64,000 nucleotides of DNA from an uncultured Lentisphaerales bacterium (GTDB lineage Bacteria > Verrucomicrobiota > Lentisphaeria > JABSQK01 > UBA12247): contig CALSSJ010000002.1 of assembly GCA_943788985.1 (NCBI GenBank), positions 81,001-145,000 on the forward strand, given 5' to 3'. A model generated the notes under the pieces. The model had not been told where the DNA came from. It searched no databases and saw only the letters and a list, made by a program, of their open reading frames with translations. Position numbers and translations under genes: made by a program. Below, in pieces: positions 9,453 to 20,392 of this stretch. How positions within the stretch are numbered: position 1 is the stretch's first letter; each line of letters begins with the position of its first letter.

Positions 9453-10745
9453 CTAGCGCCTGCGGCCTGCTTGCCAAGGGATGCGCGTCGCAGCCGCGAG
9501 CGCGCATGCGGGGATGATCGCTAGCACAGCCGTGGAGATGCGTAGTTCTCCGGCGACAGCCCGAACACCGGCAAATATCAGCGGCCCGACCGCGCTGGTC
9601 ATGACCAGCAGAGAATGAAGCTTGCCGTTGATCGCCCCTAACTCTGAACGTCCGAAGCACGCAGGGACGGCAGTGCTCATGATCGGTCCCATGGTTCCCG
9701 TGGTCAAGCCAAGCGTCACCGCCGCCAGCGTGTGCATGCCGGGGCGATCCATGACGGCAAGCGATAGATAGGCGATGGTGGCATTGATGCCCATAAAGGT
9801 CAGCATAGCGCGCGCACCCAGCCGGTCACTCAGCCAGGCCATGGTGAAGCCGGTCGGGATGCTGATGATGGCTACCGGCACAAAGAAGGCCATCGCGGCC
9901 TTGGTCGAGATGCCGCTCTCTGGCCCGATTGACTGGAGATGAAAGGTGTAGCCGGTCAGCACGGTTCCGTGGGCGCAGAGCATCAGCGCGATCACGAGGA
10001 ACTCGAGGCTGCGAACTGCTTCAGTCGCTGGCCGGTCCACGACCGCTGTCTGGGCCGTGGTGGTGGAGCCTTGCTCGCCGTCCACCGATAGGCCGCAGGC
10101 TTCGGGGGTGTCGCGGCAGAAGAGCCAGGCGATCGCCGTGACGCCCAGCCCTAGGACCAACGCCAGGCGGAGCCAGCCGCCATCCCAATCATACAGGTCG
10201 ACCAGGTCAGACATGGCCTTGGGGGCATAGCTGAAGGCCAGGCCGTTTACTACGCCCAAAAGGGCGGCAGCGCGGGCGCGTCGCCGATCGAACCACTTGC
10301 CGACCAGCGTATTGGCGATGATGGGCAGCAAGCCCTGACCGAAGAAGCGCACGCCCAGAAATCCGCAAGCCATAGTCACCATGAAAACAGGGGTTGCGAA
10401 CTCCGCAGCTGGCTTCAGCTGCTGAAGCACCTTGACCAACGTGAATAGGGTCAGGGCCAGACAGGCGGTTGTCATGCAGTAGGCTCGGCGCGCGCCGAGG
10501 CGATCCACTAGCCTGCCTGCGCTCGGCAGGACCAAACCGCTCGTCGCCGTACCGAGCAAGTAGGCAATACTCAGCTGCAGATCTGAGAGGCCGGTTACGG
10601 CGCAGAGGGGCTGGGTAAAGGCCGCGATGCCGGCAGTCTGGCCCGGAAGGCTGGAGAACATTGCCAGGACGGCCAGCAGCAGGATGGCCCACCCGTAATA
10701 AAATGGGACACGTGTTACATCGAACGGTAGCTTGGCCGCAAACAT
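9453..10745 (-). CDS. MFS transporter
   Basis: About 12 hydrophobic segments, motif A GRLVDRLGAR; start MFAAK assumed. Confidence 0.9.
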   Translation of the reverse strand: MFAAKLPFDVTRVPFYYGWAILLLAVLAMFSSLPGQTAGIAAFTQPLCAVTGLSDLQLSIAYLLGTATSGLVLPSAGRLVDRLGARRAYCMTTACLALTLFTLVKVLQQLKPAAEFATPVFMVTMACGFLGVRFFGQGLLPIIANTLVGKWFDRRRARAAALLGVVNGLAFSYAPKAMSDLVDLYDWDGGWLRLALVLGLGVTAIAWLFCRDTPEACGLSVDGEQGSTTTAQTAVVDRPATEAVRSLEFLVIALMLCAHGTVLTGYTFHLQSIGPESGISTKAAMAFFVPVAIISIPTGFTMAWLSDRLGARAMLTFMGINATIAYLSLAVMDRPGMHTLAAVTLGLTTGTMGPIMSTAVPACFGRSELGAINGKLHSLLVMTSAVGPLIFAGVRAVAGELRISTAVLAIIPACALAAATRIPWQAGRRR

Positions 10746-10909
10746 TGCGTCCCCTCGAGGGCTGAAAATACAGCCGGTGGATAAAACCGCATGATACACA
10801 CCTGCGCCACACACTCCATGCTGATTCGTCGCCGGCGGTTGCAATCCAATGCAGGCCGAGCTATGGTGCTATCATAGTTTGCAGGAAGAGCCACCTCAGA
10901 GGAAGGATC

Positions 10910-11206
10910 ATGGATGATCAAGATGAACCAGCCGTAGTATTTACCGGCGGCCCGATTGAGGCTGGCCTTCTGCAGGGCAAACTGGCAGATTCGGAGATTC
11001 GGAGCTTTTTGCACAATGAGTATATGGGGGGTCTCGGAACCACTGCCATTGGTGTGCGGGTCGCTGTCCGAGCACTGGACTTGGCGGCAGCTCTGCCTGT
11101 CGTGAATGCATTCAATGACGCGCGCCTAAATGAGCCTAGCGACACTGAGGACAGCGAGATTGAGGACGGCGATGCCCCTGAGCTTGACGTCGGCGAGCCT
11201 TCCTGA
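10910..11206 (+). CDS. DUF2007-like small protein with acidic tail
   Basis: VFTGGPIEAGLLQGKLADSEIRSFL...GVRVAV pattern. Confidence 0.65.
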   Translation: MDDQDEPAVVFTGGPIEAGLLQGKLADSEIRSFLHNEYMGGLGTTAIGVRVAVRALDLAAALPVVNAFNDARLNEPSDTEDSEIEDGDAPELDVGEPS

Positions 11207-11208
11207 TT

Positions 11209-11544
11209 TTGCTGGCGCGCAGAGTCTGGCTGGGGCTACTCTTCTTGGGCGTCCTCGCGGTCGGATGCCGGACGAGTGGTCCGCAGAAGGAACGCGTTTC
11301 AAGCGATGCGATACCGGTAATTGTCAGCAAGACCGTCATTCTGGTCAACGGCGAGCAGTTTGAGCTGCGCGACCTCGCGCTTGGGGTTGCTTTCGAAGGG
11401 CTCCCCCCATCCCCTCGCTTCTTCGACATGCAGGTGATTCGTGGCGTCTCAGAGCGGCGTCTTTACCGGATCGAGAGCTATCTCAGCGGCCATCTTAAAG
11501 ATGGCGATCAGTACCGGGTGACGATCGTAGACCCGCCTGATTGA
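11209..11544 (+). CDS. Putative lipoprotein
   Basis: Lipobox-like LAVGC after a hydrophobic stretch; directly follows the previous gene. Confidence 0.55.
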   Translation: MLARRVWLGLLFLGVLAVGCRTSGPQKERVSSDAIPVIVSKTVILVNGEQFELRDLALGVAFEGLPPSPRFFDMQVIRGVSERRLYRIESYLSGHLKDGDQYRVTIVDPPD

Positions 11545-11638
11545 CTGTGTGGTGTTCACCGCTGTACTAAATCAACGGTTCGTCTCATGTCATGCTGCAG
11601 GCTGTAACTGAAGGTAGCTTGGCCGTGTGGCGGTGCGT

Positions 11639-12364
11639 CTATTTGGCGGGCGGTGTTTCGCCAGAATCCGCCGGCAGGCCTGCGTTGTAAGACGGCAGCG
11701 CCCTCAGGCCACGGGACCAGTGCGTGTTCACCAGCAGTTGGATTTCCGGACCAAGCGAACTCTGTGCCTTCGCCAGTATGGCATCGGACTCTTCCAACTC
11801 GCCTCGATGGAAGTGGATGCAGGCCTGCATGAAATCGAAGGGACCAGAAAAGGTGCCGCCAAGCTTGGCGTATCCTTCATCGATGACCTTCTGCGCCTCA
11901 TCATAGCGATGGAGGCACATCAGAGCTGCGGAGAGATTCGTATACGCCTCAATGCGCTCCGGGGCAATTTTCTTGAAATGCGTAAAGAAATTGACCGCTT
12001 CGTGGTAGCGATGATCGACGAAGGCCAGCTGCCCCACTGCCTGCATCGGACCGGGGCGGACTTCCCAAAGCAGGACATTGCGAAACAATTCCTCCGCCTC
12101 AAGCACGTTTCCAGCCCGCCACTCACCGTAGGCGCGATCTGTCAGACCCTTAACGAGGGTCCCTACATTCATCTCGATGACCGGGGGCGGCATTTCGAGC
12201 TGGGCCTCGAACTCTGCCGGGTTGATGGACATCGTCGGGCGCGGGCCATAGGAAACCGCAGCATAGACATTCGTGCGGGGGGCCCCAATCGCGATTAACA
12301 CCGTGATTGTGACTGTGACTGCCAGCGAAATGCTGAGAATCAAAACGCTGCGGTGGGTGTTCAA
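11639..12364 (-). CDS. Membrane-anchored TPR protein
   Basis: N-terminal TM segment; TPR-like EAYTNLSAALMCLHRYDEA. Confidence 0.7.
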   Translation of the reverse strand: MNTHRSVLILSISLAVTVTITVLIAIGAPRTNVYAAVSYGPRPTMSINPAEFEAQLEMPPPVIEMNVGTLVKGLTDRAYGEWRAGNVLEAEELFRNVLLWEVRPGPMQAVGQLAFVDHRYHEAVNFFTHFKKIAPERIEAYTNLSAALMCLHRYDEAQKVIDEGYAKLGGTFSGPFDFMQACIHFHRGELEESDAILAKAQSSLGPEIQLLVNTHWSRGLRALPSYNAGLPADSGETPPAK

Positions 12365-12479
12365 AAAGGCTGCCTCTGTCCTTCTGGGGTCTAGTCGACG
12401 ATACTCTGGTAGCGTTGACGCGGACGCGTAAGTTGTGGCCGTCTACTAGAATTACAATCTACGATTTTGGAAGCCCAAG

Positions 12480-14048
12480 ATGCCTAAAGCCTCTCAGGAA
12501 TTATTCATAACTCGCGAATACTCAGGGTTTTCCCTCGATTTAAGAAACTCTGAAAAGCACCTGCAACAGTTACCAAAACTGGCGCAGACATTTGCGGCTG
12601 TGCATGCGCAGATGCAGTGCATTGAGGCGGGGGATATCAAGAATCCGGACGAAGGCAGGCAAGTTACACACTTTGGGGATCGGGCAGTTTACGCAAGCAG
12701 CGAGCTGTTCGCCGACGTCGAGGCATTTTTTGCAGCTGTGCGCAGCGGTGAACTGCTGTTGAACGGCAAGCGTGTATCTGCCGTGGTCATCAACGGGATC
12801 GGCGGGTCCGCCTTGGGGCCCCAGCTTGCGCAGTTCGCACTTCGCGGTCCGTATTGGAACGAGCTGAGCGCCGAGCAGCGCGACGGAAACCCGAAGCTGT
12901 ACATTCTCGATAACACAGATCCGGCTGGCATCCATGACCTTTGTGCGGTAGCCGACTGGTCCACGACTCTGGTCATTACCATCTCCAAGAGCGGCGGCAC
13001 ACGCGAGCCGCGCAACAACATGTTCGCCCTCCAAGCCATCTACGAGCGCGCAGGCCTGAACTTTGCCGCTCATGCCGGTGCGGTGACCATGGCCGGTAGC
13101 GCGCTCGATCAGCACGCCGAGACGAATGGCTGGCGCAAGCGCTGGCACATGGCTGAGTCCATCGGTGGACGCACCAGCGAAACGGCCGTGGTCGGTCACG
13201 TGCCCGCCGCTGCCGCAGGTATTGATTTTGGTCAGTTGCTCGAGGGGGCAGTCTTGATGGACGAGTGGACGCGCGATCCAGACCCCTATACCAATCCTTC
13301 GTATCTGCTGGCAGCCTCCTGGTACCTCCTCGGCGATGGTCGCGGAGATCGCAACATGGTCGTCCTGCCGTACTCTGACCGTCTAGTGTTGCTGGCGCGC
13401 TATCTTCAGCAGCTCGTGATGGAAAGCGTCGGGAAGGGCACAGATTTGCGCGGCGTGCCAGTCGAGCAAGGGCTTAACGTATTTGGGAACAAGGGCGGGT
13501 CCGATGCCCACGCCTTTGTCCAGCAGTTGCAGGAAGGCCGAGACGATTTCTTCGTGACGTTCGTGGAAGTGCTCGAGGACCCAGCGCACTATAATGCGGA
13601 ACAAGGGCTCAGCATGGCGGACTACCTTCATAACTTCCTCGGTGGGCTGGTAGACGCACTGGCCAGCAAGAACCGTCCGGTGATGACCATTACGATCGAG
13701 GCACTCACGCCTGCCGCACTTGGCATGTTGATTGCTCTCTTTGAGCGTGCGGTTGCCGCTTACGCCGAACTCGTGCAGGTAAACGCCTTTCATCAGCCCG
13801 GCGTCCAAGCCTACAAGCTCGCCAGTGGGGATATGGATGCCTTGGCCCAGGCGCTGCAGAAGCATGTCGCCGCCAATGCCGGGAGCGAAGGCCCGGCTGC
13901 GGAGATCGCAGCCGGACTTGGAGCCGCCCAGGCCGTCGAAGGTGTACTGGCCAAGTGGGCCGTAAACGGGCGCAGCTTTGGTGGCGTGACCGTATCCCGT
14001 AGCTTCGACAACGGCACCTGGATTTACGCTTTCCGCGGAGGGAGTTGA
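12480..14048 (+). CDS. pgi: Glucose-6-phosphate isomerase
   Basis: GIGGSALG, SKSGGT, GGRTS, QQLVMESVGK and NAFHQPGV motifs. Confidence 0.95.
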   Translation: MPKASQELFITREYSGFSLDLRNSEKHLQQLPKLAQTFAAVHAQMQCIEAGDIKNPDEGRQVTHFGDRAVYASSELFADVEAFFAAVRSGELLLNGKRVSAVVINGIGGSALGPQLAQFALRGPYWNELSAEQRDGNPKLYILDNTDPAGIHDLCAVADWSTTLVITISKSGGTREPRNNMFALQAIYERAGLNFAAHAGAVTMAGSALDQHAETNGWRKRWHMAESIGGRTSETAVVGHVPAAAAGIDFGQLLEGAVLMDEWTRDPDPYTNPSYLLAASWYLLGDGRGDRNMVVLPYSDRLVLLARYLQQLVMESVGKGTDLRGVPVEQGLNVFGNKGGSDAHAFVQQLQEGRDDFFVTFVEVLEDPAHYNAEQGLSMADYLHNFLGGLVDALASKNRPVMTITIEALTPAALGMLIALFERAVAAYAELVQVNAFHQPGVQAYKLASGDMDALAQALQKHVAANAGSEGPAAEIAAGLGAAQAVEGVLAKWAVNGRSFGGVTVSRSFDNGTWIYAFRGGS

Positions 14049-15013
14049 TGCGAATCCTGACGGGAGTTCAGCCATCTGGCGATCTTCACATCGGCAATTA
14101 CTTCGGGGCCATGAAGCCATCCATCGACTTACAGGGTCAAGGCCAGACCTTTCTGTTTGTCGCGGACTATCATGCCCTCACGCAGAATCCGGACCCGGAA
14201 TTGTTGCGTGAGCGCGTGCGTGGCGTGGTGCTGGACTGGCTGGCTGCGGGGCTTGCTCCCGAGCAGACGGTTCTCTATCGGCAGTCTGATATTCCTGCGG
14301 TCCAGGAACTCAGCTGGATCCTGTGCTGCTTCACGCCCGTTGGGCTATTGGAGCGCTGTCATAGCTACAAGGACAAGGTCGCGCAAGGCCTGACGCCAAA
14401 CCACGGGCTGTTCACCTATCCGGTGCTGATGGCGGCCGATATACTGCTCTATGACGCGAACGTGGTCCCGGTCGGCAAAGACCAGAAGCAACATCTCGAA
14501 GTCACGCGCGATCTCGCGATCCGGTTCAACAATGCGCACGGAGACATCCTCGTGGTGCCAGAGCCGCGCATTCGCGAAGAACTCGCCACCGTAGCGGGGG
14601 TAGACGGCCGCAAGATGTCCAAGAGCTATGACAACACCATCCCGCTTTTCGGCGCCGAAAAGCAGATTCGCAAAAAGTGCTTCATGAAGATCGTCACCGA
14701 CTCCACGCCGCAGGACGAGCCCAAGAATCCCGATACCTGCAACGTCTTCTCTATCTACAGCCTGTTCGCGAACGAGGACGAGTTGGAAGAGATGCGTGCG
14801 AACTACGCAACGCCCGGCTTTGGCTATGGCCATGCCAAGCAGGCTGCGTTCGAGGCATACTGGGAGTACTTTCGGACGTTCCGCGAACGCCGTGAAGAGC
14901 TTGCCGCCGATCCGGGCTATGTCGACCAGATCCTGGCCCGCGGGACCGAACAGGCCCGTGATATCGCCAGTGGCACCATGGCGCGCGTCCGCAAGGCCGT
15001 AGGGCTGCGATGA
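14048..15013 (+). CDS. trpS: Tryptophan--tRNA ligase
   Basis: HIGN and KMSKS motifs; YPVLMAADIL; VPVGKDQ. Confidence 0.97.
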   Translation: MRILTGVQPSGDLHIGNYFGAMKPSIDLQGQGQTFLFVADYHALTQNPDPELLRERVRGVVLDWLAAGLAPEQTVLYRQSDIPAVQELSWILCCFTPVGLLERCHSYKDKVAQGLTPNHGLFTYPVLMAADILLYDANVVPVGKDQKQHLEVTRDLAIRFNNAHGDILVVPEPRIREELATVAGVDGRKMSKSYDNTIPLFGAEKQIRKKCFMKIVTDSTPQDEPKNPDTCNVFSIYSLFANEDELEEMRANYATPGFGYGHAKQAAFEAYWEYFRTFRERREELAADPGYVDQILARGTEQARDIASGTMARVRKAVGLR

Positions 15014-15684
15014 TCAAACTCCATCAGCTCCCACTGGGGCCGGCCGATAATTTAATCTACCTGCTGCAGGACGAGGCAACCCAGGCTACCGCTGTGATCG
15101 ACCCGGCCTGGGATGTCCCGGCTATAATGGAACAGGCGGCTGTCCGCGGCTGCGTCATCGACCGCATCCTACTCACGCACACCCATCATGATCACGTCAA
15201 TGGCGTGGATCAGTTGTTGGACCATTGCGACGTGCCTGTTTTTGTGCACCCGCGAGAAGTGCCCGTTTGGCCTGGCACGCCCGAGACGTGGCACCCCTTA
15301 GCAGAGGGCGATGTCCTGCATCTGGGCGAGACCGAGCTGCGCGTCCTCGAGACACCCGGTCACTCCCCCGGCGGAGTCTGCTTCCAGTTCGATAGCCGCA
15401 TGATTGTCGGGGACACCATCTTTGTCTACGGGTGCGGCCACTGCCGCGCGCCCGGAGCGGACCCAGCCCAGCTGTTCGCTTCGCTGCAGCGTCTGAAGCA
15501 AGAGGTCCTGCCGGAGACCACCTTGTATCCCGGGCATGATTACGGCGCCACCTCGGTGACTACCATGGCCGAACAACGCGCCGGAAACCCCTGGCTGCAA
15601 CTTAGCGATGAAGCCGCGTTCATTCGCCATCGTCGTCACGGCTGCGGCCGCTCCACCCCCTACGGGCCTTACACCTTTACCTGA
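15010..15684 (+). CDS. MBL-fold hydrolase (glyoxalase II-like)
   Basis: THTHHDHVNG, TPGHSPG, GDT and PGHDY motifs. Confidence 0.9.
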   Translation: MIKLHQLPLGPADNLIYLLQDEATQATAVIDPAWDVPAIMEQAAVRGCVIDRILLTHTHHDHVNGVDQLLDHCDVPVFVHPREVPVWPGTPETWHPLAEGDVLHLGETELRVLETPGHSPGGVCFQFDSRMIVGDTIFVYGCGHCRAPGADPAQLFASLQRLKQEVLPETTLYPGHDYGATSVTTMAEQRAGNPWLQLSDEAAFIRHRRHGCGRSTPYGPYTFT

Positions 15685-15701
15685 AATCTACGAGTGCAGT
15701 T

Positions 15702-16916
15702 ATGAACCAGACCCCTCTTTATCAACGACACGATTCAGCCGGTGCGAAATGGGGCGAGTTCGGTGGCTTTGCCATGCCTCTCTGGTATGAAGCTGGCCTG
15801 ATTCGCGAGCATCGCGCCGTCCTGCTCGCTGCTGGCCTGTTCGATACCAGCCACATGTCGATGTTTACCATAGCAGGCGCCAGTGCCCGCGAGCTGCTGC
15901 AGGCCACCTTGACCCGGGATCTCGAGACAGCCTTGCCCGGCAAAAAGCCACTATGCCCGGGACGCGCCGCCTACGGCTTTTTTCTCGACGAACGCGGGCA
16001 TGTGATTGATGACGTCATCGTTTTTCAGGAAGTACCAGACCGCTATTTTGTGGTCGTGAATGCGGCCATGGACGGACCCGTCATCGCCCACCTCCAGGCT
16101 CACGCGGCCGCTGACGTCTCCTTCGAGATCTTGACCGGCACGCTTGCCAAGCTGGACCTCCAAGGCCCCAAGGCGGGCGATATTCTCGAGCGCGTCATCG
16201 GCGACCAGGCCCGGCCGTTTCCAGCCTTTTCATTTCGTGGCCACTACGGGGCGTCTAGCACCGTGAAGACCCGTTCTGGCGCACCCGTGCTTGTCTCCCG
16301 CTCGGGCTATACCGGCGAGTTCGGCTTCGAGCTCTACCTGCCCGCCGAGCACGCCACGGCCGTCTGGGATGAGATTCTGGCACAAGGGCAAGACTGCGGG
16401 ATCCTGCCCTGCGGGCTCGGGGCGCGAGACAGCCTACGTGCCGGGGCTATGCTGCCACTTTCTCATCAGGACATTGGCGACTGGCCCTGCATCCGTCATC
16501 CGTGGGAGTTTGCCCTGCCACGGGCCGACGGTGGCTGGTCCAAATCATTCATTGGCGACCGGGCACTCGAACAGGCCAGCGACGCCAGCTACACCTACGC
16601 CTTTGTCGGCGAGAATAACCGCAAAGTCCCCGTTGGCCGGGATACCCGCGTCCTGCTCGCAGACCAAGACATCGGCCACGTCCTCACCTGCGTCACTGAC
16701 ATCAGCATTGAGCGCGTCGCTGGGACCATCCTTCGCATTGGTACCGAAAGCGCCCCTGCGGACTTCGCACCGCGAGGGCTTGCCTGCGGCTTCGTCTATC
16801 TCGATCAGAACGTCGAGCCCGGGACATCACTCTTGCTCGTAAACGGCCGCCGCCGCATCCAGGTGACGATCGCCACCACAGTTCGTCCCGGACGCACCTT
16901 TCGTATGCGTTGGTAG
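15702..16916 (+). CDS. gcvT: Glycine-cleavage T-protein (aminomethyltransferase) family
   Basis: TPLY, GLFDTSHM, SRSGYTGEFGFE and GLGARDSLR motifs; no gcvH/gcvP adjacent. Confidence 0.85.
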   Translation: MNQTPLYQRHDSAGAKWGEFGGFAMPLWYEAGLIREHRAVLLAAGLFDTSHMSMFTIAGASARELLQATLTRDLETALPGKKPLCPGRAAYGFFLDERGHVIDDVIVFQEVPDRYFVVVNAAMDGPVIAHLQAHAAADVSFEILTGTLAKLDLQGPKAGDILERVIGDQARPFPAFSFRGHYGASSTVKTRSGAPVLVSRSGYTGEFGFELYLPAEHATAVWDEILAQGQDCGILPCGLGARDSLRAGAMLPLSHQDIGDWPCIRHPWEFALPRADGGWSKSFIGDRALEQASDASYTYAFVGENNRKVPVGRDTRVLLADQDIGHVLTCVTDISIERVAGTILRIGTESAPADFAPRGLACGFVYLDQNVEPGTSLLLVNGRRRIQVTIATTVRPGRTFRMRW

Positions 16917-17011
16917 TGATGCTTTCGCGGGTGAGGCACTTCACCGGCTCGCGCGTTGCATCGCAGCTGCGGCCGTCTATATACCGTGAATCGCTGAACC
17001 CGGAGTATTCC

Positions 17012-19699
17012 ATGTACCGCATTCCCTCTGTACTGCTGATCCTGCTGTCCGTCTTCGCGCACAGCGGAGAACAGGAAGACCAGTTCCATTTTGCCGAAGG
17101 CCTGTTTATCCAGCAGGACTACGCCTCCGCGATCGAGGAGTATCGTGTCTACCTGCAAGACTTTCCAACCGGAGAGGCAGCGGCCACCTGCGCGTTTAGA
17201 ATCGGCGAATGCCAGCTCAGGACCGGGGTCCACGAGCAGGCGATCACCGCCTATGAGGCTGCTATCTCGAAGCATGCAAAGGCCGACGGAATTTCCCTCG
17301 CCTGGTACAACCTAGCTCGTTCGCGCTTGGCGCTGAAGAAGTACGCGCCAGCGGCCCAGGCATTCGGCACGGCCGCAGGCCTCGGCGATGCCCGCATCCG
17401 CCCAGAAGCCCTCATTGCCCAAGGCGAATGCCTGCTGCAACTCGAGAAGTTTGCGGAGTCCGCAACCCTCTACGAGACCTTTGTCGCGGAGTTCGCAACC
17501 CACAGCGGACTTGCTGGCGTGCAGTTTTCGCTCGGCTGGTGCTACCAACGGTTGCAACACCCCCAAAAAGCGATTGCCGTGTTGGAAGCCATGCTGAAGA
17601 CCGCGCCTGAAGCGCCGGATGCCCGCCGTGCTCGCTTGGCCCTGTCTGAAGCGTACACCGAGCTGGCGCAGTTCGACAAGGCCGCAGGCGCACTCGAAGG
17701 CGTCGAAGATGCGGACGGCGCTGCCACGCTGCGCCGCGCTTGGATGGAATTCCAAGCAGGCAATAAGGCGGCCTCCTGCGACCTGTTTGTCGCCTACCTG
17801 AGCAAGCATCCGGCCGGGGCCGAGCATCTCTCGGCCCGCTACAATGCTGGTGTGGCAGCCTACGAAGCGCGGCAGTTCGAGCGCGGCCTCACAATTCTCG
17901 GCGAGCTAGCCGCCCAAGCACCCGACAGCAAGGAAGCCGCCGATGCGTCCCTATGGCGTGGACTCTGCGCGTACGAATTGCAGCGCTTTCCGCAGGCGCT
18001 GGCGTGGTTGGAGCCGCTCACGCAAAAGGACGGAGTGGAGCAGCGAGAGAGCCTGTGGTACAGCTATGGCGAGTCGCTTGCGGGCACCAAGCGCCACGCC
18101 GAGGCCATCACCGCTTTCGACCAACTACTTGCGAAGTTCGCAACTGGCAAGTATGCCGCCAACGCTGCCTACTCGCGCGCTTTGTCGCTGGAAGAAAATG
18201 GCCAGGGGAACGAAGCGGTGGCTGCCCTCAAAGCTCTGCTGGAGACATCGCTTCCCGGCGAGCTGCGAAACAAAGCACTCTTTGCCACCAGCGAGTTTCT
18301 GTACCGCCAAGACCGCGCAGCGGATGCCATCAACTACTTGTTGGAATTAGCCCGGGCGGATCAGCCAGACCCGCAGACTCTGTATCGGCTGGGCTGGGCC
18401 GCATTTAAGACGGACCGGTTTCCGCTTTCGGGCGAGCACTTCTCGACCTTGGCCGCCGGCGACGGCGAGTTTGCCAGCGAAAGTTCCTTCATGCTTGGCC
18501 GTATCGCCGAGTCTACCGGCCGCACCGAGGAAGCCGTCGCTGCCTATCAACGCCTGATGAAGCGCAGCGGGGAGGACCCGTTTATCGAGCGCGCCTGGCG
18601 GCGTCTGGCTTACGTCTACAGCGGCGACGCGCTCACCCAGCATCAGACCGCGTACCAAGCGCAGTTCCCGAGCGGGAAGTATGGCGCTGAGCTGGCACTG
18701 CGCCTTGCTGAGGATGCCTTTTCTCTGGGCCAGGTCGATGCGGCACGAGCGGCCTTTACGGAGCTGTTGCCAAGCTTAAAAGACCCCGCCTTACGGCACG
18801 CTGCAGAATACGGCTTGGCCTGGTGCCTCCTGCAACAGGAGCAGCTAGAGGCCGCAGCTGCGATGTTCGCAGAACTCGCCGTGCTCAAGGGCAGTGAATG
18901 GCGACTGGATAGCCTGCTGCAGTGTGGCGAAATTTCCTTTAAGCAGGGCGACCATGTTACAGCGCTCGCTGCTTTTCGTGAGGTTGCCGGTGCCTCCACG
19001 CCGGAATCTGAACGTGCGCAGTACATGACAGGCTGGGTCCAGCGCGAACGCGGCGAACATGCAGCCGCGGCTAAGGCTTTTCGCGCCGTGCCAGAGCGTT
19101 TCCCAAACGGAGTCCTGCGCATCGAAGCAATGGTGCGCGCTGCGGAGGCGTACCTGGCCGCAGATCAGGCGCAGGCTGGCGCCGACCTGCTGCTGAGCAT
19201 TGCGGGGGGCGAGCGCGACGAGAGCGTCTGGCATGCCTTGGATGACTGCTTCGTGGCACTCGCGCGCTGGCAGGACGTGATCGAGCACAGCGCCCTGCTG
19301 CTGGAGGCCTATCCAGACTCGAAGCAAGCCTACCTGGCCTACTTCCGCCGGGGGCTGGCGCGGAAGGCGCTGGGTATCCACGCCGAAGCGATCGCGGACT
19401 TCAAGGCTACGATCGCCCACACCGACACTCGCCCGGCGGCTCAAGCACAGTTCAACATCGGCTCTGTGTTGCTGGCGCAAGGACAGCCAGACCGCGCCGC
19501 CAGGCAGTTCCTACGGGTCGAGATGCTCTTCGACTATCCCGATCTGTCGCCGCGGGCCTTGTATCACGCGGTCGATGCCTTTGTCCAGGCTGGCCCGGAT
19601 CACGCCAAGCGTGCCACGCTCTACGCGGCCAAGCTACGCGAGAAGTATCCAGACTCAGAGTGGGTGCCCAAGCTTGACGCATTGCAGGTGGCAAAGTGA
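17012..19699 (+). CDS. Large exported TPR protein (CpoB/BamD-like repeats)
   Basis: Signal peptide from ATG 17012 (GGAG RBS); about 895 aa of TPR repeats; stop overlaps the exbB start. Confidence 0.85.
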   Translation: MYRIPSVLLILLSVFAHSGEQEDQFHFAEGLFIQQDYASAIEEYRVYLQDFPTGEAAATCAFRIGECQLRTGVHEQAITAYEAAISKHAKADGISLAWYNLARSRLALKKYAPAAQAFGTAAGLGDARIRPEALIAQGECLLQLEKFAESATLYETFVAEFATHSGLAGVQFSLGWCYQRLQHPQKAIAVLEAMLKTAPEAPDARRARLALSEAYTELAQFDKAAGALEGVEDADGAATLRRAWMEFQAGNKAASCDLFVAYLSKHPAGAEHLSARYNAGVAAYEARQFERGLTILGELAAQAPDSKEAADASLWRGLCAYELQRFPQALAWLEPLTQKDGVEQRESLWYSYGESLAGTKRHAEAITAFDQLLAKFATGKYAANAAYSRALSLEENGQGNEAVAALKALLETSLPGELRNKALFATSEFLYRQDRAADAINYLLELARADQPDPQTLYRLGWAAFKTDRFPLSGEHFSTLAAGDGEFASESSFMLGRIAESTGRTEEAVAAYQRLMKRSGEDPFIERAWRRLAYVYSGDALTQHQTAYQAQFPSGKYGAELALRLAEDAFSLGQVDAARAAFTELLPSLKDPALRHAAEYGLAWCLLQQEQLEAAAAMFAELAVLKGSEWRLDSLLQCGEISFKQGDHVTALAAFREVAGASTPESERAQYMTGWVQRERGEHAAAAKAFRAVPERFPNGVLRIEAMVRAAEAYLAADQAQAGADLLLSIAGGERDESVWHALDDCFVALARWQDVIEHSALLLEAYPDSKQAYLAYFRRGLARKALGIHAEAIADFKATIAHTDTRPAAQAQFNIGSVLLAQGQPDRAARQFLRVEMLFDYPDLSPRALYHAVDAFVQAGPDHAKRATLYAAKLREKYPDSEWVPKLDALQVAK

Positions 19700-20391
19700 T
19701 GCGCTGGCTGTTGACTACGCTGGCGATCTCCGCATTCCACCTGAGTGCCGCAGAGGGCGGTCCCCTGGGCAATGAGATGTGGGAGACGCTGGAACGTGGC
19801 GGCGAGGTGATGTACGCCATTCTGGCGGCTTCGGTGATTGGTATCGCCTTTGTCCTAGAGAGCCTGTTTCGCACCCGGCGCGGGCGTATTCTGCCGCGCT
19901 TTGCCGAGAACCAACTGCATACGCAGCGGGCCGCTGCGGTGAGTGAGGTCATGGCCCGAGCTGCGAAGACCTGTGTCGGCGAGATTCTCGCAGCAGCCAT
20001 ACAGTGGGAAGCGGGCACGCCCGAGCAACGCCGCCAGGCCATCGAGGAAGCGGTAGAAAACCACCTGTGGAAACTGCGGCGAGGGGTGCGCCCAATTGGG
20101 GTGATTGCCAACGTGACGCCGCTTCTCGGGCTGCTGGGGACGGTTGTCGGCATTATCGAAGCATTTGATACCGTGTCTCAGCAGGGAGCGCTGGGCGATC
20201 CTGCAGCGTTGGCTGGCGGGATTTCTAAAGCACTGCTCACTACCTGCTTTGGCCTGATCGTGGCCATTCCGCTGCTGCTATCGTATCACTACCTTACCGG
20301 CCGCCTGGACGCCAGGCTACATCGCTGCGAGGAGTTGGTCAAAGAAGCCCTGCTGCTGCCGACCGCACCGGCGCCCGACGCGGACGCCTGA
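19696..20391 (+). CDS. exbB: MotA/TolQ/ExbB proton-channel protein
   Basis: TPLLGLLGTVVGII and GISKALLTTCFGLIVAIP motifs. Confidence 0.92.
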   Translation: MMRWLLTTLAISAFHLSAAEGGPLGNEMWETLERGGEVMYAILAASVIGIAFVLESLFRTRRGRILPRFAENQLHTQRAAAVSEVMARAAKTCVGEILAAAIQWEAGTPEQRRQAIEEAVENHLWKLRRGVRPIGVIANVTPLLGLLGTVVGIIEAFDTVSQQGALGDPAALAGGISKALLTTCFGLIVAIPLLLSYHYLTGRLDARLHRCEELVKEALLLPTAPAPDADA

Positions 20392-20392
20392 G